This document shows positions 16,501 through 25,181 of a stretch of DNA of 34,036 nt, piece by piece. This DNA is from an uncultured Anaerolineae bacterium (GTDB lineage: Bacteria; Chloroflexota; Anaerolineae; JAAYEA01). Position numbers and translations under genes: made by a program. The notes beneath the pieces are model-generated. The model saw only the letters and a program-made list of their open reading frames with translations, did no database searches and had not been told where the DNA came from. The DNA is taken from NCBI GenBank assembly GCA_964412315.1, contig CAYPON010000004.1, forward strand, positions 2,180 through 36,215, written 5' to 3'. Within the stretch, counting starts at the first letter, position 1; the number at the start of each line of letters is the position of its first letter.

Positions 16501-17692
16501 CAATCAAGTCCCATTGGTAGACGCCCTGATAAGGCTCGACCTGCCGCCAGGAGTAGGTAAAGTGCCCCGCCACAATGGGCAGGGAGGGATCTATGTTGCG
16601 GGGGGCGCGCGCCATGCTCACGCCGGCCACAGCCCGCCCGCCGACAGCCAGCTCGTAGCGCAACTCTCCCGCGCCCTCGTTGCGGATGAGCAGGTCGCGC
16701 GTGACCCTCTCGCCTGCTGCCAGCGTGACAGAGAAGGAGGAGGGTTGCACCATGATGCGGGCAGGCGGCAGGGGGGAGGAGGTTGCTGTCGCCGTCGGCG
16801 CGCTGGTGGGTGTTAGGGTAGGCGTGGCTGTGGGCGTGCTCGTGGGCGTTGGCGTAGATGTGGCGGTGAAGGTTGGCGTCGGCGTCGCTGTAGGCGTCGG
16901 AGTGGAATAGGGAAGGTAGACCACCACAAGTTTAGGGCGAGCCAGGGGATCGGAGTACCTGCTGCTGGCCAGGTCGTATCCGACTACGGAGGGACCAAAG
17001 GACTTGACGATGACGCCGTAGTTGCTCGGGGGGTCACTGACCCACGCTTGCACCATGGCCGTGACATCAAGGTCGCACCAGGTATGAGATCCTGTGATCG
17101 TTTGCGTGTCGCTGGGGATACCTTCGCGGTCTGCGCCGATGCCATTGCAGCCTTTATCGGCCCATCCGACGCCGTCGGCGGCTTGCACCCAAGTTGCTTG
17201 ACTGACCTCCCATGGCCTCAACACGCGAAAAGTCTGGGCATCAACAGGATTGGCGCCAGCGAAGGTAACATACAAGCTGAGCGTAGCTCGCTGAACCTGG
17301 GCATTGCTGGGCACACGATCTACTAGATGAAAGCGAAGCAGGGGAGCCATCACATCAATGGAGCGGAGCTTGAGCTGGTTCTCTGTACTATAGTTGATAG
17401 TTTCGTGCCATTTATCCAGATAAGTATCCCTGGTGCCCTCGTAGCCCTCGCGGCCCTGCTGCAGGGTCACTGTAATCGGGCCAGAAAGCGTCAACGAGCC
17501 TGGCCCGGCCTGGGAAAAGGATGTGAACAGCGAGTCTGCTTGCGTATCACGGGCTGGATGCCAGAAGGCAATCAAGATCAGGGGACACAGGGCAAGCACG
17601 ATATAGGCGGTTAGACTTCGGAAGTCTTTGGGGGCTTCCGAAGTCTGCGAATTCAAGGCCGCAGTGTCAAGAGCGAATCTCCAATCAGTCAT
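13565..17692 (-). CDS. secreted/membrane-anchored multidomain protein: 2x DNRLRE-like beta-sandwich, glycoside-hydrolase-like TIM barrel, Ig-like and carboxypeptidase-regulatory-like domains, Cys-rich C-terminal domain
   Basis: 1375 aa with GAGGAG 7 nt upstream of the ATG. N-terminal hydrophobic anchor LTAYIVLALCPLILIAFW. Two paralogous ~180-aa domains (aa ~80-262, and aa 1052-1227 = nt 14012..14539) share GY.GT.DTYLD...LLRF...ATL.LY...RVLRPW..SQATW. The central region has WRQVEPYQGVYQWDLIDDDL, a GH42/GH35-style motif. GRLTGRVTDA...GSYQVTARATNYAP is CarboxypepD_reg-like. Confidence 0.8.
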   Translation of the reverse strand: MTDWRFALDTAALNSQTSEAPKDFRSLTAYIVLALCPLILIAFWHPARDTQADSLFTSFSQAGPGSLTLSGPITVTLQQGREGYEGTRDTYLDKWHETINYSTENQLKLRSIDVMAPLLRFHLVDRVPSNAQVQRATLSLYVTFAGANPVDAQTFRVLRPWEVSQATWVQAADGVGWADKGCNGIGADREGIPSDTQTITGSHTWCDLDVTAMVQAWVSDPPSNYGVIVKSFGPSVVGYDLASSRYSDPLARPKLVVVYLPYSTPTPTATPTPTFTATSTPTPTSTPTATPTLTPTSAPTATATSSPLPPARIMVQPSSFSVTLAAGERVTRDLLIRNEGAGELRYELAVGGRAVAGVSMARAPRNIDPSLPIVAGHFTYSWRQVEPYQGVYQWDLIDDDLAAMAEQGLMAAFGISTYGGRLYGMETPDWVFSARYGGDPHAVINADGWLIPRYWDETYLARYRDFIRALASRYDSDPRLAWIAIGVGTYGETQPCDDRDDLYVSAALDADWGTTSDTERSQRWIETVNRITDMYADAFQHTPLVLQFVPVFLRQDCERRETTTHAVGRHGVGLMHTGLQPDGTKLVGTNPACNNGCGGWDPLITYGAYVPLVWESYDLYLRSARDVYWAVLSALDKRADFLNFARDLFYDPVTRGSRSEYYPIYAWANRFLGKTMRDTPSVWVAMRERLHPWYPPEGGPEAARCPQWGNFTFGLRQDDSIPGGRTVAETNDSRVTSPTYNRALSADKESWITRRTDYGTGNPYMWFRIDDAYAYNISAQAMITVTYFDLGTDTWSLRYDSVTGEREAIPVGSNDALVRKDDRHTWRKATFLLADARFANGLTGGSDFRIDCRSDGDEWIHFVEVSVGRLHSASDYFRVSWLAMTPQRGTIPPGGSQVVRLTFDATEQQPGTHAARILVTSNDPERPKVQTFASMNVQPTTGLGRLTGRVTDALRGLPLEARVAAGATDVATDPHTGSYTLWLEPGSYQVTARATNYAPLSQQVQIAAGQTVTLNLALQPLTPPPPTPTGTPPTPTPTPYRITTVFQNGVSGYLGTEDTYLDTWARDQNHGGESSLVIRAPDIRAGLLRFDVSFIPPQATILNATLGLYSLTSGGQPIQVGAYRVLRPWNPSQATWEQAAIGVPWGQPGCNDTTTDRAATADDIQTVLDTRRWYDFDVTDMVQCWAADRSSNHGLVLKSWSEHQVQHSLAAAEYPLPLSRPRLIVSYAIGPPPTATATPTVIRRLPLPLIMRNRRPLAIQFSVTGCEQRTTPTAAAARLDGGSVRIGVEGDDLVMFHEDAVYNCCAVIVVELEDRRPLLKLVERETYPTGGPCRCVCTWDISARVSDLPPGTYQVEVWDGMRPELLARAEIVISG
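14576..14629 (-). repeat. second Pro/Thr-rich linker (coding)
   Basis: Encodes TPPPPTPTGTPPTPTPTP, directly before the second DNRLRE-like domain. Confidence 0.65.
16763..16903 (-). repeat. Pro/Thr-rich linker low-complexity repeat (coding)
   Basis: Encodes TPTPTATPTPTFTATSTPTPTSTPTATPTLTPTSAPTATATSSPLPP inside the 1375-aa protein. The DNA is an imperfect ACN-CCN repeat. Confidence 0.7.
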
Positions 17693-17803
17693 TGGGGTCT
17701 CCTCGCCATGTTACGGCGGTAGGGTACGGGGCAAAGATGGGAGCGTCTCTCTGTCCAGAGTATACACGTTTGAAGGTTATGCGCAAATCGAGCCTGACGC
17801 GCG

Positions 17804-19768
17804 TCAGCGGACAGCATGAGCGATCAGGAGCGCGGTCATGCCGATGAGCTTCATAAAGATGAGCAGCGAGGGGCCGGCCACATCCTTTAAGGGGTCGCCC
17901 ACTGTATCCGCGCAAACTGCCGCTTGATGCTCGAAGGTACCCTTGCTTCCTGTGGCTTCAATGATCTTTTTGGCGTTATCGAAAGAGGTTCCGGCGTTGT
18001 TGAAGAAGGGGCCTAGCAATGCCGCAGAAGCGACTGCCCCTACGAGCAGTGACCCTAATGCCCAGGCGCCAAAGAGGTAACCGACGACGATGGGGATAGT
18101 GATGCTGGCCAGGCCCGGCAAGATCATCTCTTTCAGGGCGTTCTTCGTGGCGATGTCCACGCAGGCGGCGTAATCCGGATTGGCTTTTCCCTCTAGCAAC
18201 CCCTTGATGGTGCGGAACTGCCGCCGCACCTCGTCCACCATCTGTAAGGCTGTCTTAGCGGTCGAGCCGATGACCAGCGAAGAGATAAGATAGGGTAACG
18301 CGATCCCCAAAAAGAGGAAGGCTGTGTTAAAGGGTGTGGAGACATCAATCGCTTTCAATCCTACCGTCGTGAAAAAGGTGGCGAACAGAACGAAAGCGGT
18401 TATCGTTCCCGAGGACATGGCGTAAGCTTTGGTCGTCGCTTTCATGGTATTGCCGACAGCATCCAGCGAGGAAAGGGAGCGAACGACGCTTGGCTCCCCG
18501 CCCGCCATTTCCGCGATCCCTGCGGCGTTGTCGGTGATGGGGCCAAAAGCATCGGCGGTCATGATGTACCCGATCAGCAGGTCAGTGCCGATGTTCACGG
18601 CAACGACCGCCAGAAGAGAGCCGCCGGAGGCGAGGAAAGCGGTGGAAACGGCAATAACGATCGTGACAATAGAGGCGAGCGGACTTTGTAATCCGTAGGC
18701 CAAGCCGGTGATGAGGTTCAAAGCCACCCCTCTTTTGGAGGCTTCGGCAATGTCGTGCACTGGCTTGCCATTCGCGCCGGCGTAATAGTGGGTGACATAG
18801 GCTGCGACCAGCGTGACCAGAATCCCCAGGACCCCGCCCAACCAAAGGCTCAGGTCGCGGGTGAGGTAGTAGGCGAGCAGAAAAGAGCCGAGAATGGCAA
18901 GGGCGGTCGTGACCAGCATCCCCACGTTAAAGGCGGTTTCCGGCCTGAACCTCTTGAGCCTCTTGATGGAAAGCACGCCCATAATGGAAGATAACAGCCC
19001 CACCGATTGCAGAAGCAGAGGGAAGAAGAGAACCTGTGGGCCGTACCTGGGGATATAGATCGAGGCCACCAACATCCCAGTGATGATGTCATCTGAGAAG
19101 CTCTCGAAGAGATCGGAGCCGCGGCCGGCGCAATCGCCCACATTGTCGCCTACCTGGTCGGCGATGACCGCCGGATTTCTGTGGTCGTCTTCGGGGATGT
19201 TCTCTTCAACCTTGCCTACCAGATCAGCGCCGACATCGGCGGATTTCGTGTAAATCCCGCCGCCGATTTGGGCGAACAGGGCCGCCAGGCTGGCCCCGAA
19301 GCCAAAGCCCACCAAAAGATCGGGTTTCTTGAGGAAGAAATAGAGGATTGACAAGATCACCAGGCTAAAGCCAGTGATAGAAAAGCCCATCACCGAGCCA
19401 CCGAAAACCGCCGTATGGAAAGCGTGCCAAGGGGAGAAGTGCGCATCCTGCACGGTCTTGACATTGGCGCGGATGGCAGCGTTCATGCCCAGGAGGGCGG
19501 TGGTCAGGGAGGTGAAGACGCCCAGCATGAAAGTGAGTGCTACCCAGTGGCCGAAAAAGAAATAGATCACCAGGGCCAAAAGAGGAGTGAGGGACAGGAT
19601 GGTCTTGAGTTGCCTGGAGAGATATGTCTTGACGCCGATAGCGATGTAACTGCCGATCTCTGCCATTGGCCCTGGATGGATTTTGGCCTTTTGCAGGTTC
19701 CTGAGAAGGCCAACGGCAATGAGAATGGCCAGGGAACCACTTGCGAGGGAGATCAGAAGCAAAGGCAT
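17804..19768 (-). CDS. hppA: membrane-bound proton-translocating pyrophosphatase (predicted K+-independent)
   Basis: Motifs GGGIYTKSADVGADLVGKVE, DNVGDCAGRGSDLFES and GDPLKDVAGPSL, plus many TM helices. The track N-terminus (19879) overlaps trkA. ATG 19768 (MPLLLISLASG) lies 13 nt after the trkA stop. The Lys in DAVGNTMKATTKA (GNTxK rather than GNTxA) is the determinant reported for K+-independent H+-PPases. Confidence 0.88.
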   Translation of the reverse strand: MPLLLISLASGSLAILIAVGLLRNLQKAKIHPGPMAEIGSYIAIGVKTYLSRQLKTILSLTPLLALVIYFFFGHWVALTFMLGVFTSLTTALLGMNAAIRANVKTVQDAHFSPWHAFHTAVFGGSVMGFSITGFSLVILSILYFFLKKPDLLVGFGFGASLAALFAQIGGGIYTKSADVGADLVGKVEENIPEDDHRNPAVIADQVGDNVGDCAGRGSDLFESFSDDIITGMLVASIYIPRYGPQVLFFPLLLQSVGLLSSIMGVLSIKRLKRFRPETAFNVGMLVTTALAILGSFLLAYYLTRDLSLWLGGVLGILVTLVAAYVTHYYAGANGKPVHDIAEASKRGVALNLITGLAYGLQSPLASIVTIVIAVSTAFLASGGSLLAVVAVNIGTDLLIGYIMTADAFGPITDNAAGIAEMAGGEPSVVRSLSSLDAVGNTMKATTKAYAMSSGTITAFVLFATFFTTVGLKAIDVSTPFNTAFLFLGIALPYLISSLVIGSTAKTALQMVDEVRRQFRTIKGLLEGKANPDYAACVDIATKNALKEMILPGLASITIPIVVGYLFGAWALGSLLVGAVASAALLGPFFNNAGTSFDNAKKIIEATGSKGTFEHQAAVCADTVGDPLKDVAGPSLLIFMKLIGMTALLIAHAVR

Positions 19769-19781
19769 AGCTTCCCGCTTC

Positions 19782-20456
19782 CTATTGCGCGCGTCCCAGC
19801 AGGCTGGCCAACTGGGAGAGCCTGGAGGCGTGCACCAGAGCCAGGATTTCATCGGCTGACTGTAGTACCGTGTCACCACGTGGGATGATGAGCTGGCCTT
19901 TGCGGATGACGGCGACCAGTACGCACTCGGCGGGCAGGCCGAGATCGCGTATCGCTTTGCCTGCCGCTATAGACATAGGGTGCACCTTTTCCTCTATCAA
20001 TGAATACTGCCCTTTGCGCAGCTTGAGCAGCGTCATCATATCGCCCAGCGACATCTCCTCGGCCACCAGACGAGCTATCAGATCGGCCTGGTTCAGCGCG
20101 ACATCCACGCCCATTTCCGGCGTATACAGCCAGGCGTTCTTGGGATTGTTGACGCGGCCGATGATGCGAGGCACTTTGAACTCGAAACGCGCCAGGCTGG
20201 TAGCTACCAGGTTGGTCTCATCATCGCCGGTCACGGCGGCCAGGACGCTCGCCTGGCGGATGCCAGCGGCCTCAAGGACATTGGGATCCGTACCGCTGCC
20301 CAGCACAACGACTTCCTCCGGCAACTCTTGCTTCAGCCGAGAGATTTCCTCCTGTCGTACCTCGATGACTTTGACCTGATGCCCTTCGGTTAGTAACAGC
20401 GAGGTCAGGTAGGTGCCGACCTTGCCGCCGCCCACGATAATCACACTCATCGCCAT
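19782..20456 (-). CDS. trkA: TrkA/KtrA-type RCK protein (TrkA-N + TrkA-C)
   Basis: VIIVGGGKVGTYL Rossmann GxGxxG. ~220 aa with a C-terminal RCK_C-like segment (SIAAGKAIRDLGLPAECVLVAVIRKGQLIIPRGDTVLQSADEI). AAGGGGGA upstream of the ATG. Confidence 0.85.
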   Translation of the reverse strand: MAMSVIIVGGGKVGTYLTSLLLTEGHQVKVIEVRQEEISRLKQELPEEVVVLGSGTDPNVLEAAGIRQASVLAAVTGDDETNLVATSLARFEFKVPRIIGRVNNPKNAWLYTPEMGVDVALNQADLIARLVAEEMSLGDMMTLLKLRKGQYSLIEEKVHPMSIAAGKAIRDLGLPAECVLVAVIRKGQLIIPRGDTVLQSADEILALVHASRLSQLASLLGRAQ

Positions 20457-20468
20457 GGCTTGTCCCCC

Positions 20469-21116
20469 TTATGCTAGTCCCAGCAATATCTTGGCCCGCT
20501 CAGCGGACGCAGCGAGCATCGCCAGGTGAACCAAGTCCCCTTCCTGAAATACAGTGCCCAGCGTGGGCAGGAAGGTTGCGCCTCCCCGGCTGATCGCCAC
20601 CACGTGAATCTCCCCAGGCATCGTCAGATCCTTAACCGTCCGGCCTACCAGGAGTTGCGGGGTGTCCACTGTGATCAGGTCTACCTCGCTGCCAAGACTT
20701 ATAATCGGCTCGAACTCGGAATAGCAGAGCAGATCAGCGATGCGATTGATACCCCAGGTGGTGGTGGAAATCGTTTGTAGCCCCAGCCGCTGGTAAATCT
20801 CCGCCTTACGTTGATCGTAAAGCCGGGCGACCACCCTGGGGACGCGGAAGAACTGGCTGGCAAGGCGGGCGGCCACGACGTTGGCCTCGTCGCTAGAGGT
20901 CACCGCAGCCAATCCATCGGTCCGTTCGATGCCAGCCTTGATCAGCACATCGCGATCAAAGCCGATGCCCACCACAGTTTTGCCCTTGAAGGACGGCCCC
21001 AGACGCTCGAAAGCGGCGGGGTCCTTGTCCACCACAGTGACTGTGTGGCGGCGCAGGCAAAGGGTTTGGGCCAGCCCGGCGCCTACCCGGCCACAACCGA
21101 TGATGATGATCTTCAT
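20469..21116 (-). CDS. trkA: second TrkA/KtrA-type RCK protein
   Basis: MKIIIIGCGRVGAGLA Rossmann motif and an RCK_C-like C-terminus (LVGRTVKDLTMPGEIHVVAISRGGATFLPTLGTVFQEGDLV). The start overlaps the ATPase stop as ATGA (21113..21116). Confidence 0.85.
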   Translation of the reverse strand: MKIIIIGCGRVGAGLAQTLCLRRHTVTVVDKDPAAFERLGPSFKGKTVVGIGFDRDVLIKAGIERTDGLAAVTSSDEANVVAARLASQFFRVPRVVARLYDQRKAEIYQRLGLQTISTTTWGINRIADLLCYSEFEPIISLGSEVDLITVDTPQLLVGRTVKDLTMPGEIHVVAISRGGATFLPTLGTVFQEGDLVHLAMLAASAERAKILLGLA

Positions 21117-23941
21117 GCTTCGCCTCCTCGCAGTCTCAACAAGCGTCTTTGCTCACGCCAACGCAACAGTACCTTGCGGAACTCGTCCACGATCAAGAGC
21201 GACGGAATCCAAGCGAATAGGAATAGCCAGTTTTTCAGTGGGAAAGCGGCTGTGCCGATGAAATTCTGGAAAAGCGGCACATAGGTGATCAAGGAAATGA
21301 GCGCCAGTTCGGTAGCGATGCCCACCCAGAGCAGCTTGTTGGAGAAAAGGCCGATGCGGAAGCTGGAAATCCGCTCCGTACGTTGAGCGAAGAGGTTGCC
21401 GATCTGCGTCGTCACAACTGCCGCCAGTGCCATCGCCGTCGCCGAGCGGTAGAGCGCGCCCGATCCGGGCAGGTCTAGCCACTGGCCCCAGTAGCCATTT
21501 ATCCAGTACTGGAAATAGAAAGCCGCCATCGCCGCCAGACTTTGGATTGGTCCCAGGTAGACATAGGCGCGCATGAGCAAGGAGCGCGTAATGACATGCT
21601 CTTGCAAGCTGCGCGGTGGAACGTCCATTACCTCTGGCTCCGGTGGCTCTGCGCCCAAGCCCAGGGCTGGCATGATATCCGTCCCCAGGTCAATGGAGAG
21701 GATGTGCATGACGTTGAGGGCAAGGGGAATGCGCGCAGCGGTCAGCACGAAAAAGATGAACGGCACGGCCTCCGGCGTGTTGCTGGTAAAAATGTACGTC
21801 GTAAACTTCTTGATGTTGGCGTAGACCGCCCGCCCCTCTTCCACCGCGTTGACGATGGAGGCAAAGTTATCGTCGGTGAGGATCATGTCGGCGGCCTCTT
21901 TCGCTACGTCGGTGCCGGCAAGGCCCATGGCCACGCCGATGTCAGCCTTTTTGAGTGCAGGGGCGTCGTTCACACCATCGCCAGTGACAGCTACAACGTG
22001 TCCCAATTCCTGCAATGCGGTGACCACGCGCAGCTTGTGTTCCGGAGCCACACGGGCAAAGATGACCTCGTCCTGTAAGACTGATTTCAGGGTTACATCG
22101 TCCATCGTCTCCAGATCGGCGCCGGTGATGATCTGCGGGCGCGCGCTGTGGATGATGCCGATGCGCCGCGCGATGCTCTCCGCCGTCAGGCCATAGTCGC
22201 CGGTGATCATGATGATGCGGATGCCGGCGCGGCGGCACTTATCCACCGCCTCGATCACTTCCGGGCGGGGTGGATCCATCATCGCCATCAGGCCGAGGAA
22301 AGTCAAGTCGCGCTCAACGGTCTCTGGGGTGCAACTGGACAGACTAACCCCAGGTTCGCATAGCTCAGGCAGTGAGCGCAAGGCCACCGCCAGCACACGC
22401 AGCCCATTGCGAGCATATTCGTCGTTAGCCGCCGTGATCTGTGCCCGTAGTTCATCATCCAGGGGGCGTTCCTGGCCATTTATGCGGACGTGGGTGCAAA
22501 GGGCCAGAATCTCTTTGGGCGCTCCTTTGACATAAGCTACAGAGGATGAATTAACCTGGTGGATGGTGCTCATCCGCTTGCGGCGCGATTCGAAGGGGAG
22601 TTCCCGCAGGCAGACTGCCTTACGGGCTTCGGCTTCCAGATTCAACCCTCCCTTCACTGCGACCACGCGCAAAGCTGCCTCGGTGGGATCGCCTAACACC
22701 GTCCAGCGAGGGGATTCACCGTTTGGCGGGAGGAGGCGGGCATTGTTGCACAATGCGCCGGCAACGAGCAACTGGCGCAGATCACTGCTCGCAGGGTTCG
22801 GCAACGGCCGCCCAGCGCTGTTCAGAATCCGCCCCTCTGGGTTGTAACCGACGCCAGTCACAGTCAATGGCCGGCCACCCAGCCAGAGGTTACGCACGGT
22901 CATTTCGTTTTGGGTGAGCGTGCCGGTTTTGTCGGTGCAGATCACTGTGGTGCAGCCCAGGGTTTCGACCGCCGACAGCTTCTTGATGAGGGCGTGACGT
23001 CTGACCATGCGCTGCACACTCATAGCTAGCGCCAAAGTCACCGTAGGCAACAGGCCCTCCGGGACGAAGGCGACGATCATGCCCATGGCGAAGATAAAGC
23101 TCTCCTTCCACTTGACGCCAGCCAGGGCAACCGCCAGCACGAAGAAGACCAGCCCAATGCCAACCGCAATGGCGGTCACCACCTGGGTTACGCGAGCTAT
23201 CTCTCTTTGTAGAGGGCTTAGCTCATCTCCCAGAGCCTGGGTCAGGTGGGCGATCTTGCCGAACTCGGTGTGCATACCGGTAGCGAAGACAATCGCCTTG
23301 CCTGTGCCAGCAGCGACGCTCGTCCCAGCGAAAATCAAGTTGGGAATCTCGGCGCGAGCTAGGTCTTTGCGCAAGAGGGCTTCGCTCAACTTATTGACCG
23401 GATGCGATTCTCCACTGAGGGTGGACTGATCCACTCGTAATTCCGCCGCCTGTACCAGTCGCGCGTCGGCAGAGATGCGATCACCTTCAGCCAGCAGTAT
23501 TACATCGCCGGGAACCAACTCCTCCGCTAGAATGCGCGCTTCCTCTGCGTTGCGCAGCACGCGGGCATAAGAGGGAAGGAGCTTGCGCAAGGCTTCTGTG
23601 GCCTTCTCGGCCTTGAACTCTTGCCAAAAGCTGAAAGCGCCGTTAATCACATTGACCATCCAGATGGCAATAGCCAACTGAGGCATCTGCGCGATAAAAG
23701 CCACGACGCCTCCGATCCACAATAGGAGAGCCATGAGATGGGTGAAATTAGCCAAGAACTTGAGATAGAGAGGCTTTCCCTTGGCCTCGCGCAGGGCGTT
23801 GCGACCAAAGCGTATCAGACGCGCCTCCGCCTCGGCGCGCGTCAAGCCTCCAGGATCCGTTTCCAGCGCCTGGTAGACCTCTGGAATGGGGAGGGCCTGG
23901 ATAGAAGCTATCGTACTGCTTAGTAGACCATCGGACTTCAT
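21113..23941 (-). CDS. P-type cation-transporting ATPase, P2 class
   Basis: ICTDKTGTLT (phospho-Asp), LSGES (TGES-type), MITGDYGLTA and VTGDGVNDAPALKKADIGVAMG. TM4 FVPEGLLPTVTLALA resembles the PEGLL motif of Na,K/H,K-type P2 pumps. 942 aa. Confidence 0.9.
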   Translation of the reverse strand: MKSDGLLSSTIASIQALPIPEVYQALETDPGGLTRAEAEARLIRFGRNALREAKGKPLYLKFLANFTHLMALLLWIGGVVAFIAQMPQLAIAIWMVNVINGAFSFWQEFKAEKATEALRKLLPSYARVLRNAEEARILAEELVPGDVILLAEGDRISADARLVQAAELRVDQSTLSGESHPVNKLSEALLRKDLARAEIPNLIFAGTSVAAGTGKAIVFATGMHTEFGKIAHLTQALGDELSPLQREIARVTQVVTAIAVGIGLVFFVLAVALAGVKWKESFIFAMGMIVAFVPEGLLPTVTLALAMSVQRMVRRHALIKKLSAVETLGCTTVICTDKTGTLTQNEMTVRNLWLGGRPLTVTGVGYNPEGRILNSAGRPLPNPASSDLRQLLVAGALCNNARLLPPNGESPRWTVLGDPTEAALRVVAVKGGLNLEAEARKAVCLRELPFESRRKRMSTIHQVNSSSVAYVKGAPKEILALCTHVRINGQERPLDDELRAQITAANDEYARNGLRVLAVALRSLPELCEPGVSLSSCTPETVERDLTFLGLMAMMDPPRPEVIEAVDKCRRAGIRIIMITGDYGLTAESIARRIGIIHSARPQIITGADLETMDDVTLKSVLQDEVIFARVAPEHKLRVVTALQELGHVVAVTGDGVNDAPALKKADIGVAMGLAGTDVAKEAADMILTDDNFASIVNAVEEGRAVYANIKKFTTYIFTSNTPEAVPFIFFVLTAARIPLALNVMHILSIDLGTDIMPALGLGAEPPEPEVMDVPPRSLQEHVITRSLLMRAYVYLGPIQSLAAMAAFYFQYWINGYWGQWLDLPGSGALYRSATAMALAAVVTTQIGNLFAQRTERISSFRIGLFSNKLLWVGIATELALISLITYVPLFQNFIGTAAFPLKNWLFLFAWIPSLLIVDEFRKVLLRWREQRRLLRLRGGEA

Positions 23942-23981
23942 GCTATGCTGACCTATATCTTTTCTGCATCAAACACACAAT

Positions 23982-24007
23982 CGGGCACCTGGATGCCCAG
24001 GTGCCCG
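23982..24007 (-). terminator. intrinsic-terminator-like hairpin downstream of the transporter gene
   Basis: Perfect 11-bp stem CGGGCACCTGG (23982..23992) / CCAGGTGCCCG (23997..24007) with a 4-nt loop. On the minus strand it is followed by AUUGUGUGUUUGAU. Confidence 0.5.
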
Positions 24008-24059
24008 AGCCTTCGGCATATGATATCTACTGATATTGTACTCCCATTCAGGCAAGCAG

Positions 24060-25181
24060 TCAAGTGGCGCTTCCAGGTCTGGCGTGCGCCCATTTTCCTT
24101 GCCAGAGGTGGTAAATCGCCAGGCCTGCCACAAAGCCGAGGGCCATGTTAGTCCCCACAGAGATGGCGCCCGTGACTACCATAATGGCCAAATCTGCGCC
24201 TCGCAGATCCAGTCCGAACTTGCCGAGTTGAAAGGCAACGACGATCATCATGCCACCGATGATAGCCATAGGAAAAGCGGCAAACAGTCCCGTGAGAGAG
24301 CCACCGAGGAACACGCCCAGCCCGATTTCAATTAAACCCTCGATAATGTTTGTGCCACCCGTTCGGGCGCCGAAATAGTATTGCCCTGCTAGGCCCCCTG
24401 CGCCGTGGCACATCGGCATCCCGCCGAAAAGGGGGCTGATGACGTTCATCACGCCCATATTGAGCATCAGCCGCTTGGGTGGCACTGGCTTGTCTGGGAA
24501 GTACTCTTGCAGGAGTGCGCTGGTGGCGAGGATGGCGTTGGTAATGCTGAGTGGGATTTGTGCCAGGCCCGCACCGACCATGGCCGGCCAGATTTCCCGC
24601 CAGGAAGGCAGGATGAGAGGCGGAGGCGTGAAGCCAAAACGGAGGTTGGGCCAAAGCGTTCCCTGCCAGGCCGAGATGGCCAAGCCCAGGCCCATAAGAA
24701 CCAGGGCCGCCGGAGCACGCGGGTTGTCCTTCAGTACCAGAGCCAGCAACACCGCCAGGAGACCCAACCACCAAGCTTCCCTGGCCATGCCAAATCCCGT
24801 GATGAAGAGCTGGATGCCCAGGGCAAGCTGAATGCCGCGGATGACGCTTTTCGGCGTCCAACGGGCCAGGCGATCAATGAGGCCAGTAATGACAAGCAGA
24901 AACCAGGTAAGGCCAAGCCCAATGCCCGAGGCGTAGATTCGCTCCGGTGACCAGCGGCGCGCGATTGCTACGGCGGCGATGACTTTTTTCGGTTCGACGG
25001 GCATCGGCAGGTGATACACCAACCCAGTGACAATGTTGGTCATGCCCATCATGAAGAAGAGGCCGGCAGGGTTCATACGGTTCACGACGATGTAGCCGAT
25101 GGCAAGAGGAAAAAGCGTGCCAAAATCGCCCATGGAGCCGGCAAGCTCGCGCAGATTGAACTCGAAATCGCGGATTCGCAT
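24060..25181 (-). CDS. MOT1/MOT2-family (SulP-related) putative molybdate/sulfate oxyanion transporter
   Basis: GDFGTLFPL and PMPVEPKKVIAAVAI match the family hallmarks (GDLGTxxP ... PVQPMKxIxA). Polytopic membrane protein. AGGAG upstream of ATG 25181. Confidence 0.65.
   Translation of the reverse strand: MRIRDFEFNLRELAGSMGDFGTLFPLAIGYIVVNRMNPAGLFFMMGMTNIVTGLVYHLPMPVEPKKVIAAVAIARRWSPERIYASGIGLGLTWFLLVITGLIDRLARWTPKSVIRGIQLALGIQLFITGFGMAREAWWLGLLAVLLALVLKDNPRAPAALVLMGLGLAISAWQGTLWPNLRFGFTPPPLILPSWREIWPAMVGAGLAQIPLSITNAILATSALLQEYFPDKPVPPKRLMLNMGVMNVISPLFGGMPMCHGAGGLAGQYYFGARTGGTNIIEGLIEIGLGVFLGGSLTGLFAAFPMAIIGGMMIVVAFQLGKFGLDLRGADLAIMVVTGAISVGTNMALGFVAGLAIYHLWQGKWAHARPGSAT

Noticed and set aside
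16763-16903. Periodic DNA repeat that could be mistaken for a tandem or CRISPR-like array
   Set aside because: It is the coding sequence of a Pro/Thr linker (ACN-CCN periodicity) inside a long ORF. There is no repeat-spacer organisation.
17794-17807. 14-nt perfect palindrome CTGACGCGCGTCAG overlapping the hppA stop codon
   Set aside because: As RNA it gives only a 5-bp stem with a 4-nt loop and no U-tract. That is too weak to call a terminator or operator.
19769-19879. Long N-terminal extensions proposed by the ORF track (hppA 19879; also 8197, 8468, 10689, 25353, 26082, 29086, 31435)
   Set aside because: Each extension overlaps the upstream gene or adds non-homologous Arg/Trp/Cys-rich residues. 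Internal ATGs with SD sequences directly after the upstream stop give N-termini matching the respective families.
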